Shown here piece after piece: positions 29,531 through 38,102 of a stretch of 64,000 nt of DNA (position 1 is the stretch's first letter; each line of letters starts with the position of its first letter). The position numbers were made by a program, and so were the translations under genes. This stretch comes from Treponemataceae bacterium (lineage in GTDB: Bacteria; Spirochaetota; Spirochaetia; Treponematales; Rectinemataceae): positions 256,001-320,000 of the forward strand of contig CAXXHO010000003.1 in assembly GCA_963667725.2 (NCBI GenBank), written 5' to 3'. The notes under the pieces were generated by a model. That model searched no databases, was not told the DNA's origin, and saw only the letters and a list, made by a program, of their open reading frames with translations.

Positions 29531-30298
29531 ATGAGCGACGAGCGAAAACCTCTGCTCTCCCTGAAAAATGTCAAAAAAACCTACAGAACGGGCGGCACCG
29601 AGCTGGAAGCCCTCGGCGACGTTACCTTCGATGTCTTCCCAAAGGAATTCGTCTCGATCGTAGGCCCTTCGGGTTGCGGTAAGACAACCCTTCTCAAGAT
29701 AATCGCCGGACTCCTTCCGAAGTCCTCGGGCGAAATCGTCGTGAACAAGGAAGATTTCGACATTACGCGCGAAGTCGGCTTCGTCTTCCAGAAACCCCTC
29801 CTCCTCCATTGGAGGAAGGTGATAGACAATGTCCTTCTACCCATCGAAATACTGAGGAAAGACAGAAAGGCGATGGAGGAAAGGGCGCGGTATCTGCTCG
29901 CGCTGGTCGGGCTGGGGGGCTTCGAGGATCGGTATCCTGGCGAGCTTTCCGGCGGGATGCAACAGCGCGTCTCGATCGCCCGCGCCCTTGTCCACGATCC
30001 CAAGATGCTGCTCATGGACGAGCCTTTCGGAGCCTTGGACGCCATCACCAGGGAGCGGCTCAACATAGAGCTGCTCAGGATCTGGCAGGAGACCGGCAAG
30101 ACGATTCTTTTCGTCACCCACGGCATCAACGAAGCCGTTTTCCTCTCCGACCGAGTGATCGTGCTTTCGGCCCGCCCTTCCAGGATGATCGAATCGCTCG
30201 ACATCCAGCTTGCCCGTCCGCGCCTGCAGGAAGTCCGCGTCGAACCTCAGTTCGGCGCCTATGCTCTTGAAATCTACAAGAGCCTCGAAATCGGCTGA
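29531..30298 (+). CDS. ABC transporter ATP-binding protein, NitT/TauB/SsuB family
   Basis: GPSGCGKTT, LSGGMQQR, MDEPFGALDAITR, FVTH. Confidence 0.92.
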   Translation: MSDERKPLLSLKNVKKTYRTGGTELEALGDVTFDVFPKEFVSIVGPSGCGKTTLLKIIAGLLPKSSGEIVVNKEDFDITREVGFVFQKPLLLHWRKVIDNVLLPIEILRKDRKAMEERARYLLALVGLGGFEDRYPGELSGGMQQRVSIARALVHDPKMLLMDEPFGALDAITRERLNIELLRIWQETGKTILFVTHGINEAVFLSDRVIVLSARPSRMIESLDIQLARPRLQEVRVEPQFGAYALEIYKSLEIG

Positions 30299-30312
30299 CA
30301 GGAGGCTTTTCG

Positions 30313-31356
30313 ATGGATCAGGAAGGAAGATACTGCGTGGGAATCAGGGGGGCGGGACAGGTCGCGAACCAGCATGCCGCCGCCATTCTCGCCAATCCGA
30401 AATTGCGCCTGGCGGCCGTCTGTTCGCGTTCGCGCTCGAGCTCGGAAAAGCTGGCCCGGGAATGGGCTTCTGCGGGGAAGGGCGGCGCCCCTATCCTCAT
30501 CTACGATCGCTACGAGGACCTTCTCGCCGACGCCACGGTCGACATCGTTTCCGAATGCATGCCGAACTACCTGCACGCGAGCGAGGGCGCCCTTGCCTTC
30601 GAGGCGGGGAAGCATCTCATCCTGGAGAAGCCGGCCGGAATCGGCCGCGAAGAGCTGAACGCGCTTCGCGACGCCGCCAAGCGTTCGGGACGCAAGAGCG
30701 TCGTGAGTTTCGTCCTGCGCTGGCACCCGCTCATCGCGAACCTGAAAAGCCTTCTCGACGCCTCGGCCATCGGCGACGTCTACTACGCGGAATTCGACTA
30801 TTGGCACGGGATAAAGCCGACTTTTTCGAGCTATAGCTGGATACGCCGCAAGGAATTCGCGGGCGGAGCCATGATAACGGGCGGCTGCCACGCGGCCGAT
30901 CTTGCCCGCTACCTCCACGGCGAGATCGATGAAGTATCCGCGTACTCCACCAAGGCACGCGACGATTTCGATTATCCGACCACCATAGTATCGGCCGTGA
31001 AGTTCGCCGATGGATCGGTGGGGAAACTTTCAGTGTCGCTGGATGGTCTCTGCTTCCCCTACCAGTTCAATATCGACCTGCTCGGCACGAAGGGCGCGCT
31101 GCGCGACAACCGGATTTATTCCAAGGGACTCTTCCCTTCCCAGAAAGATTTCGTCGTCCTCCCCTGCGACACGCCGAATTCCGGCTCGGTGGAGCATCAC
31201 CCATTCAAGCAGGAGATCGACAATCTCGTCGAATGTATCGAGACGGGCGCTCCCGTCCTCTCCGATGTCGAGGATGCGTGCAAATCGATGGAAGTTGCGC
31301 TCGCCGTAACGGAATCGGCGGCGACGGGGCAGTCCGTCAAGATTTCACGGAGCTGA
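30313..31356 (+). CDS. Gfo/Idh/MocA family NAD(P)-dependent oxidoreductase
   Basis: GAGQVA, PNYLH, EKP motif, GGAMITGGCHAAD; AGGAGG SD. Confidence 0.9.
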   Translation: MDQEGRYCVGIRGAGQVANQHAAAILANPKLRLAAVCSRSRSSSEKLAREWASAGKGGAPILIYDRYEDLLADATVDIVSECMPNYLHASEGALAFEAGKHLILEKPAGIGREELNALRDAAKRSGRKSVVSFVLRWHPLIANLKSLLDASAIGDVYYAEFDYWHGIKPTFSSYSWIRRKEFAGGAMITGGCHAADLARYLHGEIDEVSAYSTKARDDFDYPTTIVSAVKFADGSVGKLSVSLDGLCFPYQFNIDLLGTKGALRDNRIYSKGLFPSQKDFVVLPCDTPNSGSVEHHPFKQEIDNLVECIETGAPVLSDVEDACKSMEVALAVTESAATGQSVKISRS

Positions 31357-31360
31357 AGAC

Positions 31361-32149
31361 ATGCAGGAAGCCATGGAGAATTTTCCCGCGCCGGTCGGGC
31401 GCCGCATAGACAGGATGACGTCGCCGCGGTTCGCGGAAGCGCTGGAACGCTGCGATACCCTCATTCTTCCGTTGGGATCGGTGGAGCAGACGGGGAAGCA
31501 TTGCCCTCTCGGCACCGATCTATTCGTGGCAGAAGCCGTTTCGGAGTTGCTGGCGGGAAAGGCCGACTGCCTCACGACGGCCCCCATTCCTTATGGTGAC
31601 ACCTTCGAGCTGGATTTCTGGCCTGGAACGGTCCATGTGGAATCGCCCGTACTGGGTTCCTATCTGGAGGCCGTCGCGCGGTCCTTCCTCAAGCAGGGAT
31701 TCGCGAATATCGTTTTCCTCAGCTGCCATTCCCTCAACATGAAGACGGTGGACCTGCTTTGCCGCCGCCTGCACCGGGAAGGCCATGGCGTCTGCGCGAT
31801 AGACTGGTGGAAGGCGGCGGGCGACGCGGCCAGGGGCGGCACCGCTTCGACCGAGCCTTTTGGCCACGGCGGAGAAGTGATCAGTTCCATTATGATGGCC
31901 TTGGCCCCCGAGCTGATGGATCTGGACAGCGCGGAAGACGAGTCTTCCCTGCCCGGTCTGGCGCAGGTGGCGGCCCATCCCCTCGGCTCGGCTTTCGTGG
32001 CCTATGGGGATTTCAAGGATTACTGCGTGACGGGAGCCTGGGGCGAGGTTAGAGATACCGTCTCCGCCGAAAAGGGAAAGAAGTGGCTAGCGAAGGCACT
32101 CTACGCCTCGGCCGATTTCATACGCGAATGGCGCAATAGCGGCAGCTGA
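31361..32149 (+). CDS. Creatininase/creatinine amidohydrolase family protein with atypical metal-site motifs
   Basis: LPLGSVEQTGKHCPLGTD, WPGTV, SCHSLN, GHGGE, GAWG, SAEKG. Confidence 0.82.
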   Translation: MQEAMENFPAPVGRRIDRMTSPRFAEALERCDTLILPLGSVEQTGKHCPLGTDLFVAEAVSELLAGKADCLTTAPIPYGDTFELDFWPGTVHVESPVLGSYLEAVARSFLKQGFANIVFLSCHSLNMKTVDLLCRRLHREGHGVCAIDWWKAAGDAARGGTASTEPFGHGGEVISSIMMALAPELMDLDSAEDESSLPGLAQVAAHPLGSAFVAYGDFKDYCVTGAWGEVRDTVSAEKGKKWLAKALYASADFIREWRNSGS

Positions 32150-32183
32150 TTTCCGCCTGGAAAGAATAGGCGGCAAGCTGAAA

Positions 32184-32239
32184 GCTGGGCGCGGAGCGCT
32201 CGGTACGGGGGGCTTGGTACGGACCGTTTGGCGCGGAGC
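32184..32239. repeat. Degenerate tandem repeat, 4 x 14 bp
   Basis: GCTGGGCGCGGAGC / GCTCGGTACGGGGG / GCTTGGTACGGACC / GTTTGGCGCGGAGC. Confidence 0.65.
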
Positions 32240-32247
32240 ATTTTTAA

Positions 32248-32283
32248 AAAAAGGGCTGGCCACGATCGTGGCCAGCCCTTTTT
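32248..32283. terminator. Bidirectional intrinsic terminator (perfect 36-bp palindrome)
   Basis: AAAAAGGGCTGGCCACGA|TCGTGGCCAGCCCTTTTT between convergent genes. Confidence 0.88.
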
Positions 32284-32313
32284 CTATACTGCTTTTTTTC
32301 TCGAAAATTCGCT

Positions 32314-33498
32314 TTATTTAATCGCCATGTATTTGGAAGGGATCGCTACCTGGTTCATGCCCATGGCGCCTTTGCCGAAGGCGTAGCTGTCCTGGTAGAC
32401 GAGAAGGAAATTGCGCATGCGAACCTGGGTGGACGCGTCCTTGTAGGCCGTGCTGTTCCAGTCGACGCCGGGGGAGAATTGCGCGAGGGAGCTCATGACA
32501 TCGGCGTTGTTGCCCAGTCTGGCTTTTTTCTCGACCGTTCTCTTCGCGAACTCGCCGAGACCGGCCACGATGCAGTAGCCCGAGGGATAGGGCCAGGTGA
32601 CGAGGCGGCCGCTGGCGCCCTTGGCCGCGACGGTCTGTTCGATCTTGGCGAGAATGGCTTTCCAGTTGCCCTTTTCCTTGCTCAGGTCGACGCCGAAGGC
32701 TCCCGCGTAACCCTGGAGAGGGGAGTCGGTCTGGACATAGAGGCCGCCGAGTTCGGCGATGCGCTTGAGGAGAGGTTCGACGTGGGCGTTGTTGGTGCTG
32801 AAGAAGGCGGTGTTTTTGCCGTATTTGTCGAGCCACATCGGGACTTTTTCCAGTATGAACTGCTGGGCGCCGGGTACGCCCACTTCGCTGGTCGGATCGG
32901 GAGCGGTCTCGAAGGCGAACTTGAGTCCGAGATCCTTGCAGGCCTGTTCCATTATCATGCGCCGGCGTCCGAGGAGCTCGTAGCTCATGTGGCGAGGGAA
33001 GGAAATGTGCACATAGGTGTCGGCACCCAGCTTCTTGGCCACCAGGGGCATGATGTAGCCCATGGAAAGCGTGTCCGAATTGATGCAGAGATCGGATACC
33101 GCCGCGATGACGGCGGGGTCTTCCTGCGGCTCCCCGGCGAAGCAGAGGATGTCGGGGCGTTTCTGCTTGACTCTGCGGAAGGCTTCGGCGGTGCCGGGCA
33201 CCGCTTCCACGACGACGATAGCTTTCATGAGGGGATCGTCGCTGAGACCTACGATCTGCGATATGACCGTTTCCATCTCCGAGCTGAAATTGTCCGGATA
33301 GGTGACATGCTGGATCATTCCGCCTTTCTGCGCGCTTCCATAAAGGCTTATCAGCGCCTCGGCTCCCCTTATCACGTCTTCTCCCTGGGAAACCGTGCCG
33401 GTCACGATGCCAACGTGAAAGTTTCCCGCGGCGAAAAGGGGCACGAGGGCGGCGCCGAAGGCCATGAAAGTCAGCAGCGCAAACTTCAGTTTTCTCAT
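32314..33498 (-). CDS. DUF3798 family secreted protein (substrate-binding-like)
   Basis: Signal peptide; HVGIVTGTVSQGED, TYPDNF, HISFPRHMSYELL, APDPTS.VGVPGAQQFILE, C-terminal VYQDSY.FGKG. Confidence 0.85.
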   Translation of the reverse strand: MRKLKFALLTFMAFGAALVPLFAAGNFHVGIVTGTVSQGEDVIRGAEALISLYGSAQKGGMIQHVTYPDNFSSEMETVISQIVGLSDDPLMKAIVVVEAVPGTAEAFRRVKQKRPDILCFAGEPQEDPAVIAAVSDLCINSDTLSMGYIMPLVAKKLGADTYVHISFPRHMSYELLGRRRMIMEQACKDLGLKFAFETAPDPTSEVGVPGAQQFILEKVPMWLDKYGKNTAFFSTNNAHVEPLLKRIAELGGLYVQTDSPLQGYAGAFGVDLSKEKGNWKAILAKIEQTVAAKGASGRLVTWPYPSGYCIVAGLGEFAKRTVEKKARLGNNADVMSSLAQFSPGVDWNSTAYKDASTQVRMRNFLLVYQDSYAFGKGAMGMNQVAIPSKYMAIK

Positions 33499-33581
33499 AC
33501 AGCGAACCTCCTGAATTCTAGCTAGATTTTATCCAGTATAGATCAATAAACACCGATACGCGAGCCTAATAATCTTCGCTA

Positions 33582-33610
33582 TTGACGAATAGGCAAAGCA
33601 TACTTACACT
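33582..33610 (+). promoter_or_regulatory. sigma70-type promoter
   Basis: TTGACG-N17-TACACT upstream of the GGGGAG SD and ATG 33634. Confidence 0.6.
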
Positions 33611-33633
33611 TCTCCCGCTCGGCCTAGGGGAGA

Positions 33634-34476
33634 ATGAACGTGAAATACGCGGTGTGCAATGAGCTGTTCGGCGAAATGGCTTTGGGAAAAGTGGCGGCGA
33701 CGCTTCGCGACGCCGGCTACCGAGGCATAGAGTTCGCTCCCTATACCGTATTCGGTGACTTTTCGCCCCTCGCGATCCGCAACGCCGTGACAGGCATCGC
33801 CGGAGCGCTGGCGGGGGAGGGGCTTCAGTTCGTGGGATTTCACTGGCTCATGGTCGGACCTGAGCCATTGCACCTCACCACCACCGACGAAAGCCTCCGC
33901 CAACGCTCCCTGGACCATCTTCGGCGGCTCCTGGACGCGGCCGGCGAACTGGGAGGCGGCGTGCTCATCCTGGGTTCCCCAAAACAGCGATCCACGGTGG
34001 CGGGCTCCGATAGGGCGACTGCCATCAGAAAACTCTCCGAAGGCCTCGCCCTGCTCGGCGATCACGCTCTGTCCTGTAAATCCCGCATCCTCATGGAGGC
34101 GCTCGACTCAAGCCAGACCGATGTCGTGAACAGCCTGGCCGATGCTCACGCGCTCGTGGAAGAGATAGGCTCGCCCGGAATAGGAGAGATGTTCGATTTT
34201 CACAACGTCGGCGACGAGACCGAGCCTTGGGACAGGCTGCTGCGAAAATACCGGAACGCTATCGCCCACATCCACATCAACGAGATGGACGGCAGGGCGC
34301 CGGGGACCGGAACCTCGGATTACGGCCCTGCATTTGACGTCCTCCGCGAGACCCGCTATAGGGATTGGATTAGCATGGAAATATTCGAGAAACCGGCCGA
34401 TCCCGGAGAGACAGTGAGGCAGGCCCTGCGTTTCCTGTCCCGGTACGATGACGAACTCCCGCTCTCTCCCGAGTGA
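33634..34476 (+). CDS. Sugar phosphate isomerase/epimerase (xylose isomerase-like TIM barrel; ketose 3-epimerase-like)
   Basis: GYRGIEFAP; metal ligands E (MEAL), D/H (FDFHN), H (HIHINE), E (SMEIF); APGTG. Confidence 0.87.
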   Translation: MNVKYAVCNELFGEMALGKVAATLRDAGYRGIEFAPYTVFGDFSPLAIRNAVTGIAGALAGEGLQFVGFHWLMVGPEPLHLTTTDESLRQRSLDHLRRLLDAAGELGGGVLILGSPKQRSTVAGSDRATAIRKLSEGLALLGDHALSCKSRILMEALDSSQTDVVNSLADAHALVEEIGSPGIGEMFDFHNVGDETEPWDRLLRKYRNAIAHIHINEMDGRAPGTGTSDYGPAFDVLRETRYRDWISMEIFEKPADPGETVRQALRFLSRYDDELPLSPE

Positions 34477-34528
34477 ACCTGGTCGCGGGCGCTGTTTTCA
34501 ATGCCGGGCTTCTGCCTGCTGATTCTGA

Positions 34529-34551
34529 ATTTGTCATTTTCCTTTACAAAA
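34529..34551. promoter_or_regulatory. Candidate ROK operator 2
   Basis: ATTTGTCATTTTCCTTTACAAAA, 19 of 23 positions identical to the reverse complement of operator 1; 3 nt upstream of TTGACA at 34555-34560. Confidence 0.65.
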
Positions 34552-34675
34552 GACTTGACAGCGCCGCGATCATGTTTGATTAATGAGGTAACGCTCCAGG
34601 TGTCAGAAGCGTGCCGTAAAACGACTCAATGCTTCGCGACGGACGAGATAAGCGGAGTGGAATCAAGGAGTGACC

Positions 34676-35719
34676 ATGAATTTCGGAATAGTAGGCACAG
34701 GACTCATCGCCGAGTTTCACGCAAAAGCTTTGGCTGAAATCCCCGAAGCCAGACTTGTGGCATGCATCGATGTCCTTCCCGAGAGGGCGGCCTCCTTCGC
34801 GGCCAGGTTCGGCTGCGCCGCGTATTCGGACATGGCGAGTTTTCTGCGCCATCCTAAACTGGATATCGTGAATGTCTGCACTCCCTCCGGCCTGCATCTC
34901 GACGCGGCGCTCCCCGCCGCCGCCGCCGGAAAGCACCTCATCGTGGAAAAGCCCCTGGAGGTGAGTTCCGAGCGTTGCGGCAGGATGATAGAAGCCTGCG
35001 ACAAGGCTGGGGTGACGCTTTCCGGAATCTTTCCTTCCCGGTTCCATGACTCCTCCCGTACCATAAAATCGGCCCTCGGGGAAGGCCGGTTCGGCAGGCT
35101 TACCATGGGCAACGCGTACGTGAAGTGGTGGCGCGAGCAGAGCTACTACGACAAGGGCGGCTGGAAGGGCAAAAAGGCCCTGGACGGCGGCGGCGCCCTC
35201 ATGAACCAATCCATCCATGCCATCGACCTTCTGCGCTGGTTCATGGGGCCGATAGAGGAAGTGAACGCGTTCACCGGCGCGGCCGGCCATTCAGGCATAG
35301 ACGTGGAGGACAACGCAATCGCCGCCGTGCGTTTCGCGAACGGCGCCCTCGGCGCGATTCAGGGTTCCACCTCGGTGTGGCCCGGTTTCCTCAAGCGGCT
35401 TGAAGTCTCGGGCATGGACGGAAGCATCGTCATGGAAGAAGAAAACATCCCCTTCTGGAAGTTCCGTGCCGAGACGGGCAAGGATGATGAAATCCGCGCG
35501 CGTTTCGCCGGCGCCACGAGCACGGGCGGCGGCGCCTCCGATCCTGCCGCCATAGGCTACCATGGCCACAAGCTGCAGTTTTTGGATGTGATCGGCGCCA
35601 TAGAAAAGGGAAGGGAACCTTCCATAGATGGAAGAGAAGCCGCAAAAGCCGTGTCGATAATCGAAGCGATATACGAGAGCGCTGAAACCGGCAAATCGGT
35701 AAATGTAGTCGAGCAGTGA
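34676..35719 (+). CDS. Gfo/Idh/MocA family NAD(P)-dependent oxidoreductase
   Basis: GIVGTGLIA, TPSGLH, VEKPL, GGGALMNQSIHAID; AAGGAG SD. Confidence 0.93.
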   Translation: MNFGIVGTGLIAEFHAKALAEIPEARLVACIDVLPERAASFAARFGCAAYSDMASFLRHPKLDIVNVCTPSGLHLDAALPAAAAGKHLIVEKPLEVSSERCGRMIEACDKAGVTLSGIFPSRFHDSSRTIKSALGEGRFGRLTMGNAYVKWWREQSYYDKGGWKGKKALDGGGALMNQSIHAIDLLRWFMGPIEEVNAFTGAAGHSGIDVEDNAIAAVRFANGALGAIQGSTSVWPGFLKRLEVSGMDGSIVMEEENIPFWKFRAETGKDDEIRARFAGATSTGGGASDPAAIGYHGHKLQFLDVIGAIEKGREPSIDGREAAKAVSIIEAIYESAETGKSVNVVEQ

Positions 35720-36672
35720 GCGATCGCAAAGTTAGGGAAATGTACCTGAGCGGCTTCGCCGACGAGGCCGCCGACGATATCGCCGGTCAGATCGAGGCGA
35801 CGAAGGCCTTAGGCTGGTCGCATATCGAAATCCGCGCCGTGGACAAGGTGAATCTCCACGATCTGGACGAAGCTTCCTTCGAGCGCTGCGCCGAAGCCCT
35901 GGAGCAAGCCGATATCTATGTCAGCTGCCTGGGCTCGACGATAGCCAACTGGGGGAGGAAGGTGGACGAGGATTTCGCCGCCGCGCTTCGCACCGTGGAC
36001 AGGGCTGTTTCGAGGATGAAAAGACTGGGCGTGGGCCAGATTCGCCTGATGAGCTACGCTATCATGTTCGATAGCTCGGGGCGTGCCTTGCCGGATCAGA
36101 AGGAAGCCGAACGCTTCGCCCAGCTACGCGAGATATGCGCCCGTTTTCTCGACGCCGGCATCACTCCCGTCCACGAAAACTGCCTCAATTACGGAGGCAT
36201 GAGCTGGGAGCATACGCTCCGCCTGTTGAAGGAAGTGCCGGGGCTCAAACTGGTGTACGATACGGGAAATCCAGGCCTTACCCCCGATTTCCGCAAACCC
36301 TATCCCTATCCGAACCAGGACGGCTGGGAAGCCTGGGAACACCTGAAGCCTTATGTAGTCTATATGCATATCAAGGACGGAAAGCGTGACCGGATCACGG
36401 GCGAGGAAAGTTATTTCTTCCCCGGCGAAGGCGACTGTCAGGTTGAAAGAGTCCTGGCTGATCTTCTTTCCATGGGCTACGAAGGCGGGCTTTCCATAGA
36501 ACCCCATATGGCCGTCGTTTTCCACAACGACAAGATCAGGTCGAGCGACAAGGCTAGATTCGACAACTATGTCGAGTACGGGCGCAGGACGGAATCGCTT
36601 CTCCGGCGCCTCGGCTGCGAAGTCGGCTCAGGGCGCATCCTCTATGGCGCCCACTCCAATCCAGGTTTATAG
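35716..36672 (+). CDS. Sugar phosphate isomerase/epimerase (AP endonuclease 2/xylose isomerase-like TIM barrel)
   Basis: LSGFADEA, HENC, YDTGN, MHIKD, PGEGD, SIEPH; alternative start ATG 35740. Confidence 0.87.
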   Translation: MSDRKVREMYLSGFADEAADDIAGQIEATKALGWSHIEIRAVDKVNLHDLDEASFERCAEALEQADIYVSCLGSTIANWGRKVDEDFAAALRTVDRAVSRMKRLGVGQIRLMSYAIMFDSSGRALPDQKEAERFAQLREICARFLDAGITPVHENCLNYGGMSWEHTLRLLKEVPGLKLVYDTGNPGLTPDFRKPYPYPNQDGWEAWEHLKPYVVYMHIKDGKRDRITGEESYFFPGEGDCQVERVLADLLSMGYEGGLSIEPHMAVVFHNDKIRSSDKARFDNYVEYGRRTESLLRRLGCEVGSGRILYGAHSNPGL

Positions 36673-36707
36673 TAGGGTAAATACCTACGCTACTGGAGTG
36701 ACGCAGC

Positions 36708-38087
36708 ATGGATCATAAAAAACTGAGTGTTGGCACGAAACTCGGATTCGGCGCCGCCGATCTCGGCGGGAACCTCTTCTTCACGGCCATGGGATTCTGG
36801 ACTTTGAATTACCTCACGGACTCAGTGGGACTCTCGGCCGCGGCGGCCGGTGCCGCTGTCATGGTAGGAAAGCTCTGGGATGCCGTCACTGACCCGATGA
36901 TGGGCTTCATTTCCGATCGCACTCGCTCGAGATGGGGCCGGCGCCGGCCTTACCTCCTCTTCGGCGCGGTCCCGCTCGCGCTGACTATGTGGTATTTTTT
37001 CACGAATCCCCATATCGGAAGCCAGACCTGGCTGACCATCTGGGCGGCTCTCGCTCTCTGCGCGCTCAACACGGCATATACCATCGTCAATATACCCTAC
37101 TCATCGCTCACTCCCGAACTCACTAAGGATTACCATGAGCGTACATCGCTCAACGGCTACCGCTTCGGGTTCGCGGTGGTAGGCACGATCCTCGGCGCCG
37201 GCGCCGTCCTTCCTCTCGTGGGCCTCTTCGGTTCCGACAGATCGGCGGGTTTTTCCTTCATGGGAGGAGTCCTTGGTCTCCTCATGGCGGTAAGCACCCT
37301 CGTCACATTTTTCTCGGTACATGAGCCGGATCACAGCCAGGAACCCATACCCGCGGAAAAATTCCTGCCTACCTTCCTCGCCGTATTCCGGAACAAGCCG
37401 TACGTGATACTCCTCCTCACCTACGCGCTCAATCTGACGGCGCTCAACTTCGTGCAGGGAATCCTCGTGTATTATTTCAAATACATCTACAGAAACGAAG
37501 CCATGACGACGCTCGCCATGGTTATGCTGCTCCTGACGGCCATGGTCTGCATCCCGATCTCGGTAAAAGTCTCCTCCCATATAGGCAAGAAGCGAACCTA
37601 CCAGATTTGCTTTGCCATAATCGCCTCAGCCTGCACTATAATTTACCTTCTTGGCCATAAACTCGGGCCAAACTTCTTTCTGGTCATGATGATTTATGCC
37701 GGTGTGGGCATCGGTTTCGGTTACGTGGCTCCCTGGGCCATGGTCCCCGACGCCATCGAGTTCGACGCGGTCCGCACGGGCAACCGCAAGGAAGGGGCTT
37801 TCTACGGAATGTGGACCTTCACCTCCAAGGTGGGCACTTCTCTCGCCATCGCGCTCACGGGCCTTATTCTGGGATCTGCTGGCTACGTCGCCAACGTGGC
37901 GGAACAAAGCCCATCAGCGCTCGGCGCCATAAGGCTCATAATTGGTCCCATTCCCACGGCCATTTTCCTGGCCGCCATCTTCCTTATCGAGCGATATCCG
38001 ATAGATGAGAAGACCTATGTGAAGTTCATGGCTGAAAATGCCGCTTTGCATAAGGCCGATCCGTCAAAAGACGGCTCCGAACCTTGA
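36708..38087 (+). CDS. MFS transporter, glycoside-pentoside-hexuronide (GPH/MelB) family
   Basis: WDAVTDPMMGFISDRTRSRWGRRRPY, NIPYSSL, ERT.L..YR, TGNRKEG.FYG. Confidence 0.93.
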   Translation: MDHKKLSVGTKLGFGAADLGGNLFFTAMGFWTLNYLTDSVGLSAAAAGAAVMVGKLWDAVTDPMMGFISDRTRSRWGRRRPYLLFGAVPLALTMWYFFTNPHIGSQTWLTIWAALALCALNTAYTIVNIPYSSLTPELTKDYHERTSLNGYRFGFAVVGTILGAGAVLPLVGLFGSDRSAGFSFMGGVLGLLMAVSTLVTFFSVHEPDHSQEPIPAEKFLPTFLAVFRNKPYVILLLTYALNLTALNFVQGILVYYFKYIYRNEAMTTLAMVMLLLTAMVCIPISVKVSSHIGKKRTYQICFAIIASACTIIYLLGHKLGPNFFLVMMIYAGVGIGFGYVAPWAMVPDAIEFDAVRTGNRKEGAFYGMWTFTSKVGTSLAIALTGLILGSAGYVANVAEQSPSALGAIRLIIGPIPTAIFLAAIFLIERYPIDEKTYVKFMAENAALHKADPSKDGSEP

Positions 38088-38102
38088 CGGGAGGGAAAGG
38101 CG

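Noticed and set aside
32184..32239. Possible mini-CRISPR array
   Set aside because: The units are adjacent 14-mers with no spacers, and there are no cas genes in the window
34477..34675. Riboswitch or small ORF (34501-34737) upstream of the second dehydrogenase
   Set aside because: No recognisable aptamer consensus; the ORF runs through the operator and promoter and lacks an SD
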